From NCBI GenBank assembly GCA_041496945.1, contig JBGQFO010000001.1, positions 46,756-110,755 on the forward strand: a stretch of DNA of 64,000 nucleotides. The letters are read 5' to 3'. Positions 1 to 8,382 of this stretch are shown piece by piece; within the stretch, counting starts at the first letter, position 1, and each line of letters begins with the position of its first letter. The stretch is from Candidatus Limnocylindria bacterium (GTDB taxonomy: Bacteria; Chloroflexota; Limnocylindria; P2-11E). Made by a program: the position numbers and the translations under genes. A model generated the notes under the pieces. The model was given only the letters and a program-made list of their open reading frames with translations, had not been told where the DNA came from and made no database searches.

Positions 1-1
1 C

Positions 2-2308
2 CTCGAGATGCTGAAGGTCTTCCGGGAGTCCGGCTTTCCCATCACCACCCGCTCGCACGAGGGCGGCGTGATGATCGACATGCCCACGTCGTTCACGGCG
101 GCCGCGCTCGCGATGTTCGACCTGCGCGATCAGGTCGCGACGATCGCGTCGCTGCGACCGCTGCTCCACCCGAGGAGCATCGCCGTGGTCGGCGCGGGCC
201 GCGAGCGAGGCAGCATCGGCGGAGAGCTGTTCCACAACCTCGTGGCGACGGGCTTCAACGGCCCGGTGTACCCCGTGAATGCGAGCGTGACGGTGGTGCA
301 ATCGGTCCCGGCGTACCGGTCGGTGGCCGACATCCCCGGCGATGTGGATCTCGCGGTCCTCGTCGTGCCGGCGCGGCACGTCATCGGCGTGGCGCGCGAA
401 TGCGCGGCGAAGGGCGTGCGCGCCATCGTCGTCATCTCCGCCGGCTTCGCGGAGACCGGCGCAGAAGGTGCGGCCCTGCAGCACGAGCTGCTCACCATCT
501 GCCGGGACGCGGGCATCCGTCTGGTGGGCCCGAACTGCATGGGGATCCTCAACACCGCCGCCGATGTCCGCATGGACGCGACCTTCGCGCCGACCTACCC
601 ACCGGCCGGGCGGGTGGGCTTCCTTTCACAGAGCGGGGCGCTGGGCATCGCGGTCATCGACGAGGCCACGGAGCGTGGCCTGGGCCTCTCCACCTTCGTT
701 TCCGTCGGCAACAAGGCCGATCTCTCCGCGAATGACCTGCTCCAGTACTGGGAGAAGGATCCGGCGACGGACGTCGTCCTCCTGTATCTGGAGTCGTTCG
801 GGAATCCACGGCGCTTCGGCCGGATCAGCCGCCGCGTCGCGCGCACGAAGCCGGTGATCGCGGTGAAGAGCGGGCGCTCGATCGCCGGCGCGCGCGCGAC
901 GTCGTCACACACCGGCGCGCTCGTCGCGGCGTCGGACCTCACCGTCGACGCGCTCTTCGCGCAGGCCGGCGTCATTCGCACGACCACGCTGAAGGAGATG
1001 TTCGACGTCGCGACGGTGCTCGCGACGCAGCCGACACCCGCCGGCCGTCGCGTCGCGATCCTCAGCAATGCCGGGGGTCCCGCGATCCTCTGCGCCGACG
1101 CCTGCGCCGTCGCGGGGCTCGAGGTGGCCGGGCTTCCGGCCGACACGCAGGCCGCGCTCCGCGAGTTCCTCCCGGCCGAGGCATCCACCGACAACCCGGT
1201 GGACATGATCGCCTCGGCTTCCGCGGCGAACTACGCGCGGGCGCTGCGCGTGCTTGCGGCCTGCGGCACGGTCGACGCGATCATCGTGATCTTCATCCCA
1301 CCGCTGGTCACGGCGCGGGCCGAGGTCGCGGCTTCGCTCGCGGCGGCGGCGCGAGATCTCCCGCGCCAGGTGCCGGTCCTCTCGGTCTTCATGTCGGCGT
1401 CCGGCGCGCTCGCGGGGACGAACGCGGATGGCGCCCGCATCCCGACGTATCGCTACCCCGAGGACGCCGCGGTCGCGCTCGGGCACGCGGTCCGGTACGG
1501 GCTCTGGCGCGCCCGTCCCGAGTCGACCGTCCGCGCGTTCACCGATGTCCGGCGCGCCGACGCTCAAGCGATCCTCGACCGGGCGCTCGAGCGCGGCCAT
1601 GGCTGGCTCGCGCCCGACGAGGTCGGCGCGCTGTGCGCCTGCTACGGCCTTCCGCTCGCACCGCAGCGCCTCGTCGCTTCGCCCGAGGCGGCCGAGGCTG
1701 CGGCGCGATCGCTCGGTGGACGTGTCGCGCTCAAGGCCGTCGCGCCGAGGATCGTGCACAAGACGGAGGCCGGCGGCGTCCGCCTGGGCCTCGACGCGGC
1801 GGCGGTGCGCGGCGCGGCCGAGGAGATGCGCACGCGCATACCCGGCGACGCGCTGCGGTTCCTCGTGCAAGCGATGGTGCCGCGAGGCGTCGAGATGATC
1901 GTCGGCGTCGTGCACGACACGCTGTTCGGTCCGGTGGTGGCCTGCGGCGCGGGCGGCACGACCGTGGAGCTCCTGAAGGACGTGAACGTGCGGATCACCC
2001 CGCTCACCGAGCGCGACGCGTCGGAGATGGTGCGCACGCTGCGCACGTTCCCGCTGCTCGACGGCTACCGTGGAGCGCCGCGGGCGGACAACGCGGCGCT
2101 CGAGGACGTGATCCTGCGAGTGGCGGCGCTCGTGGACGCGCACCCCGAGATCGCCGAGCTCGACCTGAACCCGGTCGTCGTGCTCGAGCACGGCGCGGTC
2201 ATCGTCGATGCGCGGGTGAGCGTGGATGCGCCAGTGCCACCACCGCTCGTCATCGGTCGCGCCCGCACTGCCCCGCCATCGGACCAGCCGCGCGGCCCGC
2301 GACCCTAG
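2..2308 (+). CDS. NDP-forming acyl-CoA synthetase family protein (ADP-forming acetate--CoA ligase-like), 5' partial; possibly the C-terminal part of a GNAT-fused Pat-like protein
   Basis: ORF 8..2308 stays open to the window edge. It has a CoA-binding Rossmann motif (VVGAGRERGSIGG), a CoA-ligase segment with an SSHTGAL phosphohistidine-type motif, and a C-terminal ATP-grasp-like region. The first residues (MLKVFRESGFPI) look like the end of a GNAT domain. Confidence 0.8.
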   Translation, partial: LEMLKVFRESGFPITTRSHEGGVMIDMPTSFTAAALAMFDLRDQVATIASLRPLLHPRSIAVVGAGRERGSIGGELFHNLVATGFNGPVYPVNASVTVVQSVPAYRSVADIPGDVDLAVLVVPARHVIGVARECAAKGVRAIVVISAGFAETGAEGAALQHELLTICRDAGIRLVGPNCMGILNTAADVRMDATFAPTYPPAGRVGFLSQSGALGIAVIDEATERGLGLSTFVSVGNKADLSANDLLQYWEKDPATDVVLLYLESFGNPRRFGRISRRVARTKPVIAVKSGRSIAGARATSSHTGALVAASDLTVDALFAQAGVIRTTTLKEMFDVATVLATQPTPAGRRVAILSNAGGPAILCADACAVAGLEVAGLPADTQAALREFLPAEASTDNPVDMIASASAANYARALRVLAACGTVDAIIVIFIPPLVTARAEVAASLAAAARDLPRQVPVLSVFMSASGALAGTNADGARIPTYRYPEDAAVALGHAVRYGLWRARPESTVRAFTDVRRADAQAILDRALERGHGWLAPDEVGALCACYGLPLAPQRLVASPEAAEAAARSLGGRVALKAVAPRIVHKTEAGGVRLGLDAAAVRGAAEEMRTRIPGDALRFLVQAMVPRGVEMIVGVVHDTLFGPVVACGAGGTTVELLKDVNVRITPLTERDASEMVRTLRTFPLLDGYRGAPRADNAALEDVILRVAALVDAHPEIAELDLNPVVVLEHGAVIVDARVSVDAPVPPPLVIGRARTAPPSDQPRGPRP

Positions 2309-2955
2309 AAGCGCGGTCTCCGCTTTGCCATGTACGCGGCGGCCTCGGCGCGGCGGGAGAGACCGAGCTTGTCGAGGATCCGGCTGACGTAGTTCTTCAC
2401 CGTCTTCTCGGAGAGGAACAGGACCTCTCCGATCTCGCGGTTCGTCTTGCCCTCCGCGAGCTGCTCGAGGACCTTGCGCTCCTGGTCGGTGAGCGAGGCG
2501 AACGCGGGATCCTCGTCGTCGCGCCCGCGCCGGACCCGCTCGAGCACCTTGCCGGTGACGTCCGGGTCGAGGAGCGACCGGCCCTGCGCGACCGAGGTGA
2601 TCGCGTCGATGACCGCCTGCCCGCGCGTCTGCTTGAGGAGGTACCCGGCCGCGCCCGCCACGATCGAGGCGAAGAGGGCCTCATCGTCGGCGTACGAGGT
2701 GAGCATGATGACCTTCGTCTCGGGGCGAGCCTCGCGGATCGTGCGGCAGGCCTCCACGCCGCTGCCATCGGGGAGGCGCACATCCATGATGATCACGTCC
2801 GGCTTTGCGCGCGCGGCCCCCTCGATGGCCTCGGCCATGGTCGACGCTTCGGCCGCGACGATGAGCCCCTTATTGCGACTGATGAGCGTGCGCAGGCCCT
2901 CGCGAACGACCTCGTGGTCGTCGACGAGCATGACGCGGATCGCCGTCTCGCTCAT
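2305..2955 (-). CDS. NarL/FixJ-family response regulator (REC + LuxR-type HTH), DevR/DosR-like architecture
   Basis: 216 aa ORF. REC motifs are present (VMLVDDHEVV, IIMDVRLPDGSG). The C-terminal LuxR HTH reads LTDQERKVLEQLAEGKTNREIGEVLFLSEKTVKNY. An ATGA overlap links it to the upstream kinase gene. Confidence 0.9.
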   Translation of the reverse strand: MSETAIRVMLVDDHEVVREGLRTLISRNKGLIVAAEASTMAEAIEGAARAKPDVIIMDVRLPDGSGVEACRTIREARPETKVIMLTSYADDEALFASIVAGAAGYLLKQTRGQAVIDAITSVAQGRSLLDPDVTGKVLERVRRGRDDEDPAFASLTDQERKVLEQLAEGKTNREIGEVLFLSEKTVKNYVSRILDKLGLSRRAEAAAYMAKRRPRF

Positions 2956-4355
2956 TCTTCCGCCTCCGGTGTCGCTGGCAGCTCCAAGCGTACTCGGGCG
3001 CCGCGGCCGGGGGTGCTCTCGATCTCGAGCGTCCCGCCGACCTGAAAGGCGCGCTCTCTCATGTTGTGCAGCCCGTGGCCGGCCACGTTCGGGTCGAACT
3101 TGAAGCCGACCCCGTCGTCCGCGATCTCGAGGACGACCTTTCCGTCGTCGGCGAAGAGCTGCACCCAGGCATGGCGCGCCCGCGCGTGCCGCGCGATGTT
3201 CCCGAGCGCGTCCGCGGCGATGTAGTACGCGGCCTCGCGCCGGACGCGGTCGAGCTCGCTGGCCGACCCGGGGGTGACGTCCAGCTGCACGTCGATGAGC
3301 GCGTTCGAGCGCGCCTGGTCCGCGAGGAGCGCGAGCGACTCTTCGAGCGGGTGGTCCGACGCGCTGATCGGGCGGAGGCCGAGCACGTAGCCCCGAAGAT
3401 CGGCGATCGCCGCGTTCAGCCGATCCACCGATCGCACGAGCTGTGCCCGCGCGTGCTCCGGCTCGTCCGCCAGGCGATCCCCGACGTCCTCGAGCAGGAG
3501 GCCGACGCCGTACAGCGACTGCATCACGCCGTCGTGGAGATCCATCCGGATGCGGTTGCGCTCCTCGAGGACCGAGACCCGCTCGACCTGATCGTACAGG
3601 CGCGCGTTCTCGATCGCGATCGCCGCCTGTGCCGCGAGCGTCTCGAGCGCCTCGGCATCATCCTGCGTGAATTCCGCGCTGTCGAGCTTCTCGGTGAGAT
3701 AGAGATTCCCGAGCGGCTCCCCCCGGAGGAGGATCGGCGTCCCGAGGAACGTGCGCATCGACGGATGGCCCGGTGGGAAGCCGACCGACGCAGGGTGGTC
3801 GCGCACGTCGCCCAGCCGGAGCGGACGAGGTTCCGACTGGAGGACCCCGAGCACACCTCTGCCGCGCGGCAATGGTCCGATGCGCGCCCGCTCCTCGGCG
3901 GTGAGGCCCGATGTCGTGAAGCTCTCGATCACGCCGTCCTCATCGAACACACCGAGCGCGGCGTACCTCGCCTTGGCGACGAGGCGCGCCTGGTCCGCCA
4001 CGCGCTGCAGCACCGCGTCGCGGTCCAGCTCGCTCGTGAGCGCGAGCCCGGCGGCGTTCACGGCCTGGAGCTGCTGCCGCTTCTGCTCGAGCGCGTCGGC
4101 CAGGTGGCGCAGCCGCTGCGTGTTCGCCCGATCGCGCGTCTGAAGGCCGGAGAGCTGGTCGAACACGGCCAGCGAGAACGCCATGACGCCCGCCACGCCG
4201 ATCACCAGGGTGATGAGATGAGACAGCCCGCTGCTGAACACCGGCTCGATGACGAAGAAGTCGAGGGCCAGGAGGCTGGCGATGAGCAGCGAGGGCAGCA
4301 CGACGACGGCGATACGCAGTCGCCGCGGATAGCCGGTCCGTGCGGGCTCGCTCAT
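2952..4355 (-). CDS. Membrane-anchored GAF-domain sensor histidine kinase (HisKA_3 + HATPase_c), DevS/DosS-like
   Basis: 467 aa. It has two N-terminal hydrophobic helices, a GAF-like core (LGVFDEDG...GNLYLTEK), an H-box (RIRMDLHDGVMQSL) and N/G boxes (NIARHA, DDGVGF, GHGLHNMRERA). Confidence 0.88.
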   Translation of the reverse strand: MSEPARTGYPRRLRIAVVVLPSLLIASLLALDFFVIEPVFSSGLSHLITLVIGVAGVMAFSLAVFDQLSGLQTRDRANTQRLRHLADALEQKRQQLQAVNAAGLALTSELDRDAVLQRVADQARLVAKARYAALGVFDEDGVIESFTTSGLTAEERARIGPLPRGRGVLGVLQSEPRPLRLGDVRDHPASVGFPPGHPSMRTFLGTPILLRGEPLGNLYLTEKLDSAEFTQDDAEALETLAAQAAIAIENARLYDQVERVSVLEERNRIRMDLHDGVMQSLYGVGLLLEDVGDRLADEPEHARAQLVRSVDRLNAAIADLRGYVLGLRPISASDHPLEESLALLADQARSNALIDVQLDVTPGSASELDRVRREAAYYIAADALGNIARHARARHAWVQLFADDGKVVLEIADDGVGFKFDPNVAGHGLHNMRERAFQVGGTLEIESTPGRGARVRLELPATPEAEE

Positions 4356-4356
4356 A

Positions 4357-4400
4357 CAAAGGATTATCGAGAGCCGTGCAAAGGATTATCGAGAGCCGTG
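4357..4400. repeat. Perfect tandem direct repeat, 2 x 22 bp (CAAAGGATTATCGAGAGCCGTG), immediately upstream of the GAF-kinase start codon
   Basis: Read directly: unit 1 is 4357-4378 and unit 2 is 4379-4400, and they are identical. The repeat is AT-richer than its surroundings. On the coding (minus) strand each unit contains GATAAT. Confidence 0.95.
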
Positions 4401-4408
4401 GAAACGCG

Positions 4409-4434
4409 AGAGCGGCGGATCGCTCCGCCGCTCT
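4409..4434 (-). terminator. Hairpin downstream of the doxX-like gene (11-bp perfect stem, 4-nt loop)
   Basis: AGAGCGGCGGA-tcgc-TCCGCCGCTCT lies 25 nt past the stop at 4459. On the minus strand it is followed by CGCGTTTC, which is only a short U tract. Confidence 0.5.
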
Positions 4435-4458
4435 ACGCGTCCAGAGGTCTGAAGGGCC

Positions 4459-5064
4459 CTAGGCCGACGTGGGGACCGGGACGACGGTTTTACGACCGGC
4501 CGCTGGGACCTTCCAAGGTGTCCCGAGGATGGGGAGGAGGAAGCGGTCGAGGCCGATGTAGCCCGCCGTCTTCCAGGACAGGACGATGAGGAAGCCGAGG
4601 AGGAGCAGCACGGGGTTCGAGCTCGAGCTGCCGGCGAGCATGAAGTTGAGGTTCATTAACGCGCCCGAGACGGCCGCGATGCCGGTGAAGGCGCCAAGGA
4701 TGAGCCCGAGGCCGACCGCCGTCTCGCCGAAGGCGATCACCTTGCCCATGATGTTCTCGAGGTGACTATCGATCAGGAACTGGATGAAGCCGCGGTACCA
4801 GTCATACGTGATCACGGGCTTCGCCGGCGCCGCTGGTACGGCGGCGATGCGCGTCCAGAAGGCCAGGATGCCCTTGCCGTCGATGATGTAGTTCCCGGCG
4901 GCCGTGGTGTCCTGGACCTTGTGCCAGCCGGCCTCGAGCCAGGCCCACCCGACGTAGATGCGGACGAGGAGCCAGACGAGCGCCATGCGCGTGTCGGAGA
5001 AGAGGAAGCGTGCGATCGGGGGGTCAGCGATGACCGTTCCCTTGTTGATCTTCGTTTCGGCCAT
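4459..5064 (-). CDS. DoxX-family integral membrane protein
   Basis: The internal start MAETKINKG is preceded by AAGGAGGTC. The sequence carries the DoxX-like motif VRIYVGWAWLEAGWHK and several hydrophobic helices. The 5' part of track ORF 4459..5205 is probably not translated. Confidence 0.8.
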   Translation of the reverse strand: MAETKINKGTVIADPPIARFLFSDTRMALVWLLVRIYVGWAWLEAGWHKVQDTTAAGNYIIDGKGILAFWTRIAAVPAAPAKPVITYDWYRGFIQFLIDSHLENIMGKVIAFGETAVGLGLILGAFTGIAAVSGALMNLNFMLAGSSSSNPVLLLLGFLIVLSWKTAGYIGLDRFLLPILGTPWKVPAAGRKTVVPVPTSA

Positions 5065-5277
5065 TTGAGTGACCTCCTTCGCGCGGAACACTGCCGTACG
5101 GGGTATGCCCCACGACAGGGCCGCTCGGACCAAAGGGTACCGCCGACCGACCCGGGCCTCGGGGACGCCTCGGAGACAGGTGACACTCCGCCGCCAGCCC
5201 GGCAATGGGTCCGCCGGGACCGGTCGCGGGGACCTTTGACCCTACCTACAGGTTGGTGGCGGCCCGAGCATCCCGTC

Positions 5278-5433
5278 ATGCCGCAGGTCGATCTCACCAC
5301 CATCTTCCTCGCCGTCGCCGGTCTCGGGCTGGCGATCGGCTTCGCGGTCCTCGCAGGGACGGTGACCGCGCGCGTCTTCTTCGACGCCAGCCGCGGGCAG
5401 GAAGAGAAGCCGCGGGCGGGAAGGGGAGCCTAG
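5278..5433 (+). CDS. Possible 51-aa single-pass membrane peptide
   Basis: An ATG opens MPQVDLTTIFLAVAGLGLAIGFAVLAGTVTARVFF..., which has one clear hydrophobic helix. I recognise no homology and see no strong RBS. Confidence 0.25.
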   Translation: MPQVDLTTIFLAVAGLGLAIGFAVLAGTVTARVFFDASRGQEEKPRAGRGA

Positions 5434-5609
5434 CTGGCGGTCGCCGCCGGCTCGCCCGGCGCGGGTACCGCGCACACGACCTTCGGGCGGCGCGAATCCA
5501 GATCGATCTCCACCAGCTTCTCGCAGCCGAAACAGCTGATCACGTCCACCACACGGCCCTGCCTGCCGCAGAAGACCTTCCCGTCGTCGACGGGGTGCGT
5601 CTGCTTCAC
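5430..5609 (-). CDS. 59-aa 4-Cys miniprotein (C-x11-C-x2-C-x16-C), putative metal-binding protein
   Basis: My own translation is VKQTHPVDDGKVFCGRQGRVVDVISCFGCEKLVEIDLDSRRPKVVCAVPAPGEPAATAS. The GTG start overlaps the TGA stop of the upstream regulator (GTGA). Third-position GC is high. At 59 aa it is not listed in the ORF track, whose shortest entries are 60 aa. Confidence 0.45.
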   Translation of the reverse strand: MKQTHPVDDGKVFCGRQGRVVDVISCFGCEKLVEIDLDSRRPKVVCAVPAPGEPAATAS

Positions 5610-6235
5610 TCGAGCAGGCCGTGCCGTAGCGCGTAGTCGACGAGCTCGGAACGACGATGCAGATCCAGCTTGGCCATGATCCGCGAGCGATAGGTGTCGA
5701 CGGTCTTGGGGCTCACGAAGAGGCGCTCGGCGATCTCGAGGTTCGAGAAGCCGCGCGCCGTGAACCGCAGCACCTCCCGTTCGCGCGGTGAAAGCGCGGG
5801 CTCGGGCCTGCCGGCATCGCTCTGTTGCGTCGCGAGAAGGAGGCGCACCGCGGCGGGCGTGAGGTAGGCCTCGCCCGCGGCCACGGAGCGGATCGCGTCG
5901 ATGAGCTCCTTGTCGGCGGACCGCTTCAGCACGTACCCGGCCGCCCCCAGGCGCACCGCCTCCATGACGTAGCGATCTTCCGCGTACATGGTCAGGATCA
6001 CGATCTTCGTGGGCAGCTCCATCTCGCGCACGCGGCGTGCGACCTCGAGGCCGCCGCCACCGGGCATCGAGATATCGAGCACCAGCACGTCCGGCCGGTG
6101 GGTGCGCGCGGCGTCGATGGCCGACGCGGCATCGGTGGCGACCGCGACGACCTGCATGTCGCCCTTGGCATCGATGAGGCGGCGCAGCCCGTCGAGCAGG
6201 ATCTGGTGGTCGTCAGCGAGAACGATCCGGATCAC
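5606..6235 (-). CDS. NarL/FixJ-family response regulator
   Basis: The GTG start (VIRIVLADDHQILLDG) overlaps the kinase stop (GTGA). The protein has REC and LuxR HTH parts (LSPREREVLRFTARGFSNLEIAERLFVSPKTVDTY). The long 5' extension of track ORF 5606..7177 is Arg/Ala-rich and runs across the kinase gene in another reading frame. Confidence 0.9.
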   Translation of the reverse strand: MIRIVLADDHQILLDGLRRLIDAKGDMQVVAVATDAASAIDAARTHRPDVLVLDISMPGGGGLEVARRVREMELPTKIVILTMYAEDRYVMEAVRLGAAGYVLKRSADKELIDAIRSVAAGEAYLTPAAVRLLLATQQSDAGRPEPALSPREREVLRFTARGFSNLEIAERLFVSPKTVDTYRSRIMAKLDLHRRSELVDYALRHGLLE

Positions 6236-6927
6236 GTCGTGACCTCCTCGCGCAGCGGCACGCGCACGTCGACGCGCGTGCCGGCGCCCTTTCGTGAGAC
6301 AACGCTGATCGTCCCGCCCACGAGCGCGACGCGCTCGGCCATGCCGAAGAGGCCGACGCTCGCGGTCGGTCGGGCGCGCGCGGCGTCGACGTCGAACCCG
6401 GTGCCGTCGTCGGACACAGTGAGCGCGAGCACCCCGTCGGCCGAGTCGAGCCGCACGTCGACCTTGGTGGCGTGCGCGTGGCGCACGACATTGGTGAGGG
6501 CCTCCTGCGCGACGCGGAAGATCGCGATCGCCAGAGGCGCCGGCACATCGTCGTCGCACTCGAGCGCGAGCGCGATGTGGACGCCGGCCTCCTCCCGCAC
6601 ACGGTCCGCGAGCCACTCCAGACCCGAGCAGAGCCCAAGGTCCTCGAGGACGCTCGGCCCGAGGTGGACCGCGAGGCGGCGGACGCCGTCGAGCGTGTCC
6701 ACCACCAGCTCGCGCAGCTCGGCGAGCTCGTGGCGAACGGCCGGATCGGCGGTCATGTTCTCGATGAGCTGGAGCCGCACGAGGAGCAGCGTGAGCGCCT
6801 GTCCGGTCTCGTCGTGGAGCTCCCGGGACACGCGGACGCGCTCGGCCTCCTGGGCCGAGAGGATGCGCGCGGCGAGGGCACGCGCGCCGCTCCGATAGGC
6901 CTCGAGCTCGGCGACCTGACCGGCCAT
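6232..6927 (-). CDS. Soluble histidine kinase consisting only of HisKA_3 + HATPase_c (no recognisable sensor domain, no TM segment)
   Basis: 231 aa. The H-box (RVSRELHDETGQAL) starts about 30 aa from the N-terminus. N and G boxes are present (EALTNVVRHA, DDGTGFD, GLFGMAERV). Confidence 0.88.
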   Translation of the reverse strand: MAGQVAELEAYRSGARALAARILSAQEAERVRVSRELHDETGQALTLLLVRLQLIENMTADPAVRHELAELRELVVDTLDGVRRLAVHLGPSVLEDLGLCSGLEWLADRVREEAGVHIALALECDDDVPAPLAIAIFRVAQEALTNVVRHAHATKVDVRLDSADGVLALTVSDDGTGFDVDAARARPTASVGLFGMAERVALVGGTISVVSRKGAGTRVDVRVPLREEVTT

Positions 6928-6983
6928 GGGGCAAACCTAGGCGTGGGGGGGGCCCAAGCAATCCGCCGCTCGGCCTCATCTGA

Positions 6984-7000
6984 GGGGTCCGTTCGACCCC
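6984..7000. repeat. Palindrome-like element GGGGTCCGTTCGACCCC (variant of a recurrent intergenic motif)
   Basis: Read directly in the divergent region between the kinase start (6927) and the USP start (7083). It shares the CCGTTCG core with the sites at 11461, 18324 and 50232. Confidence 0.4.
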
Positions 7001-7082
7001 CGTCCGCCGTACTGCCGCCCGTCCGGGCGCAAGCGGGCGGTGCCGGACAGACCCCGCAGGGCCTGGCGGCGATGCTCGGCTG

Positions 7083-7886
7083 GTGCGGATCCTCTTCGCG
7101 ACCGACGGGTCGCGTGGCGCGAGCCTGGCCGAGGACTTCCTCCTGGCGCTGCCCCTCTCACGGGCCGACGAGGTCACCGTCCTGACGGTGCCGGCAGGGA
7201 GCGAGCGCGAGGCCTACGCCCTGCTGTCCCGGTGCCGCTGGCGCTTCGCCGCACGCGACATCCTCACCACGACGGCGATGCGGGCGGGTCACCCGGCGGA
7301 GGTCGTCGAGACCGTCGCTTTCGAGTACCAGAGCGAGCTGATCGTCGTCGGGTCGCGCGGGTTCGGCACGATCGCCGGCGTGCTCATGGGCAGTGTCGCC
7401 CGCGCGCTCACGCGGAACGCACCAGCGCCGCTGCTCGTGGTCCGCGCCCACCGCGACGCGCCACGACGCGTCCTGGTCGCGATCGACGGATCCGCCGACG
7501 CGCGCGCGGCGGTCGAGCTCGTCGCGCGGCTGCCGCTCCCGGGTGAATCGCGCATCAGCCTCCTGCACCTCGGCGACCCGGCCGACGCGCAGACCCGATG
7601 GGTACAGAGTCACGCACGCGCGCTCCTCGGCGATCGGGTGATCGGCGAGGAGTCCGTCGCCGGCGGTCACCTCGGCGAGAGCGTGTTGAGGCGGGCGACC
7701 ATCTGGGGGTCGGACGTCATCGTGCTCGGGGCGCGTGACCAGACGCTCGGCGCCGGCCTTCTCGGCACCAGCCTCGCCGATCACGTCACGAGCCACGCGT
7801 GCTGTGCGGTGCTCATCGCGAAGCCGAGTCTTGCGCGGCGAAGTGCGGAGTCGCTCGGGGCCGCGCGGGTCGTCCCCGCGGGCTGA
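7083..7886 (+). CDS. Universal stress protein, tandem USP domains
   Basis: 267 aa. MRILFATDGS opens the protein, and there are two G-x2-G-x9-G(S/T)-like ATP motifs (VVGSRGFGTIAGVLMGSVA and VLGARDQTLGAGLLGTSLA). Confidence 0.85.
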   Translation: MRILFATDGSRGASLAEDFLLALPLSRADEVTVLTVPAGSEREAYALLSRCRWRFAARDILTTTAMRAGHPAEVVETVAFEYQSELIVVGSRGFGTIAGVLMGSVARALTRNAPAPLLVVRAHRDAPRRVLVAIDGSADARAAVELVARLPLPGESRISLLHLGDPADAQTRWVQSHARALLGDRVIGEESVAGGHLGESVLRRATIWGSDVIVLGARDQTLGAGLLGTSLADHVTSHACCAVLIAKPSLARRSAESLGAARVVPAG

Positions 7887-7893
7887 TGCCGCT

Positions 7894-8253
7894 CTAGCGG
7901 CGGTCGGTGCGCTCGCGACGGCGCTGGCACTCGATGCAGCGCGCCGCCTGCGGGAGCGCCGCGAGGCGCTCGGCCGGGATGTGTCGCCCACATTCGACGC
8001 AGCGGCCGTACTGATCCTTCGCGATCCGCTCGAGCGCGTCCTCGACCTCGTCGAGCTGCTTCGCGAGCGCGAGCTCGTCGGTGACCAGCTCCTCGCGCGT
8101 GTACAGGTCGGACGCGACATCGGCGGGGTGCTGCGAGGGGGTGGTGTCCTCGCCTCTCGCGTCGAGCTCGGTGCCGAGGACCGCGGCGTCCCCCGCGAGA
8201 TCCGAACGGAGCTCTTCCCGCGTGGCCACCAGGCGCGCTTTCATCTCATGCAT
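7894..8253 (-). CDS. DksA/TraR-family C4 zinc-finger protein
   Basis: The internal start is MHEMKARL. The C-terminus CVECGRHIPAERLAALPQAARCIECQ fits C-x2-C-x17-C-x2-C, preceded by a coiled-coil-like region. Confidence 0.8.
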   Translation of the reverse strand: MHEMKARLVATREELRSDLAGDAAVLGTELDARGEDTTPSQHPADVASDLYTREELVTDELALAKQLDEVEDALERIAKDQYGRCVECGRHIPAERLAALPQAARCIECQRRRERTDRR

Positions 8254-8382
8254 ACCGCATACAGGCTGCGCCGCGCCCGACGACAGGCGAAGTGCCGCGC
8301 GTCCCCGGCACCGCGTGACGTTGGACCCTCGTCGTGTCAGGCGGACGGCGATAGCCTCGAAGGCCCGCGAGAGGAGGTCAGG

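Noticed and set aside
4357-4400. The 22-bp tandem repeat as a possible CRISPR or minisatellite.
   Set aside because: There are only two abutting units with no spacers, and no cas genes are present. I treat it as a promoter-proximal duplication instead.
5065-5277. DosR-box-like sequences (GGGACCGGTCGC at 5216-5227; GGGGACCTTTGACCC at 5228-5242) as bona fide DosR boxes.
   Set aside because: The spacing and several positions differ from the mycobacterial consensus TTSGGGACTWWAGTCCCSAA. I kept them only as variants of the recurrent-motif finding, not as called DosR sites.
6236-7177. N-terminal 313 aa of track ORF 5606..7177.
   Set aside because: The Arg/Ala/Pro-rich extension runs across the histidine kinase gene in another reading frame. 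The response regulator clearly begins at the GTG at 6235 (VIRIVLADDH), overlapping the kinase stop.
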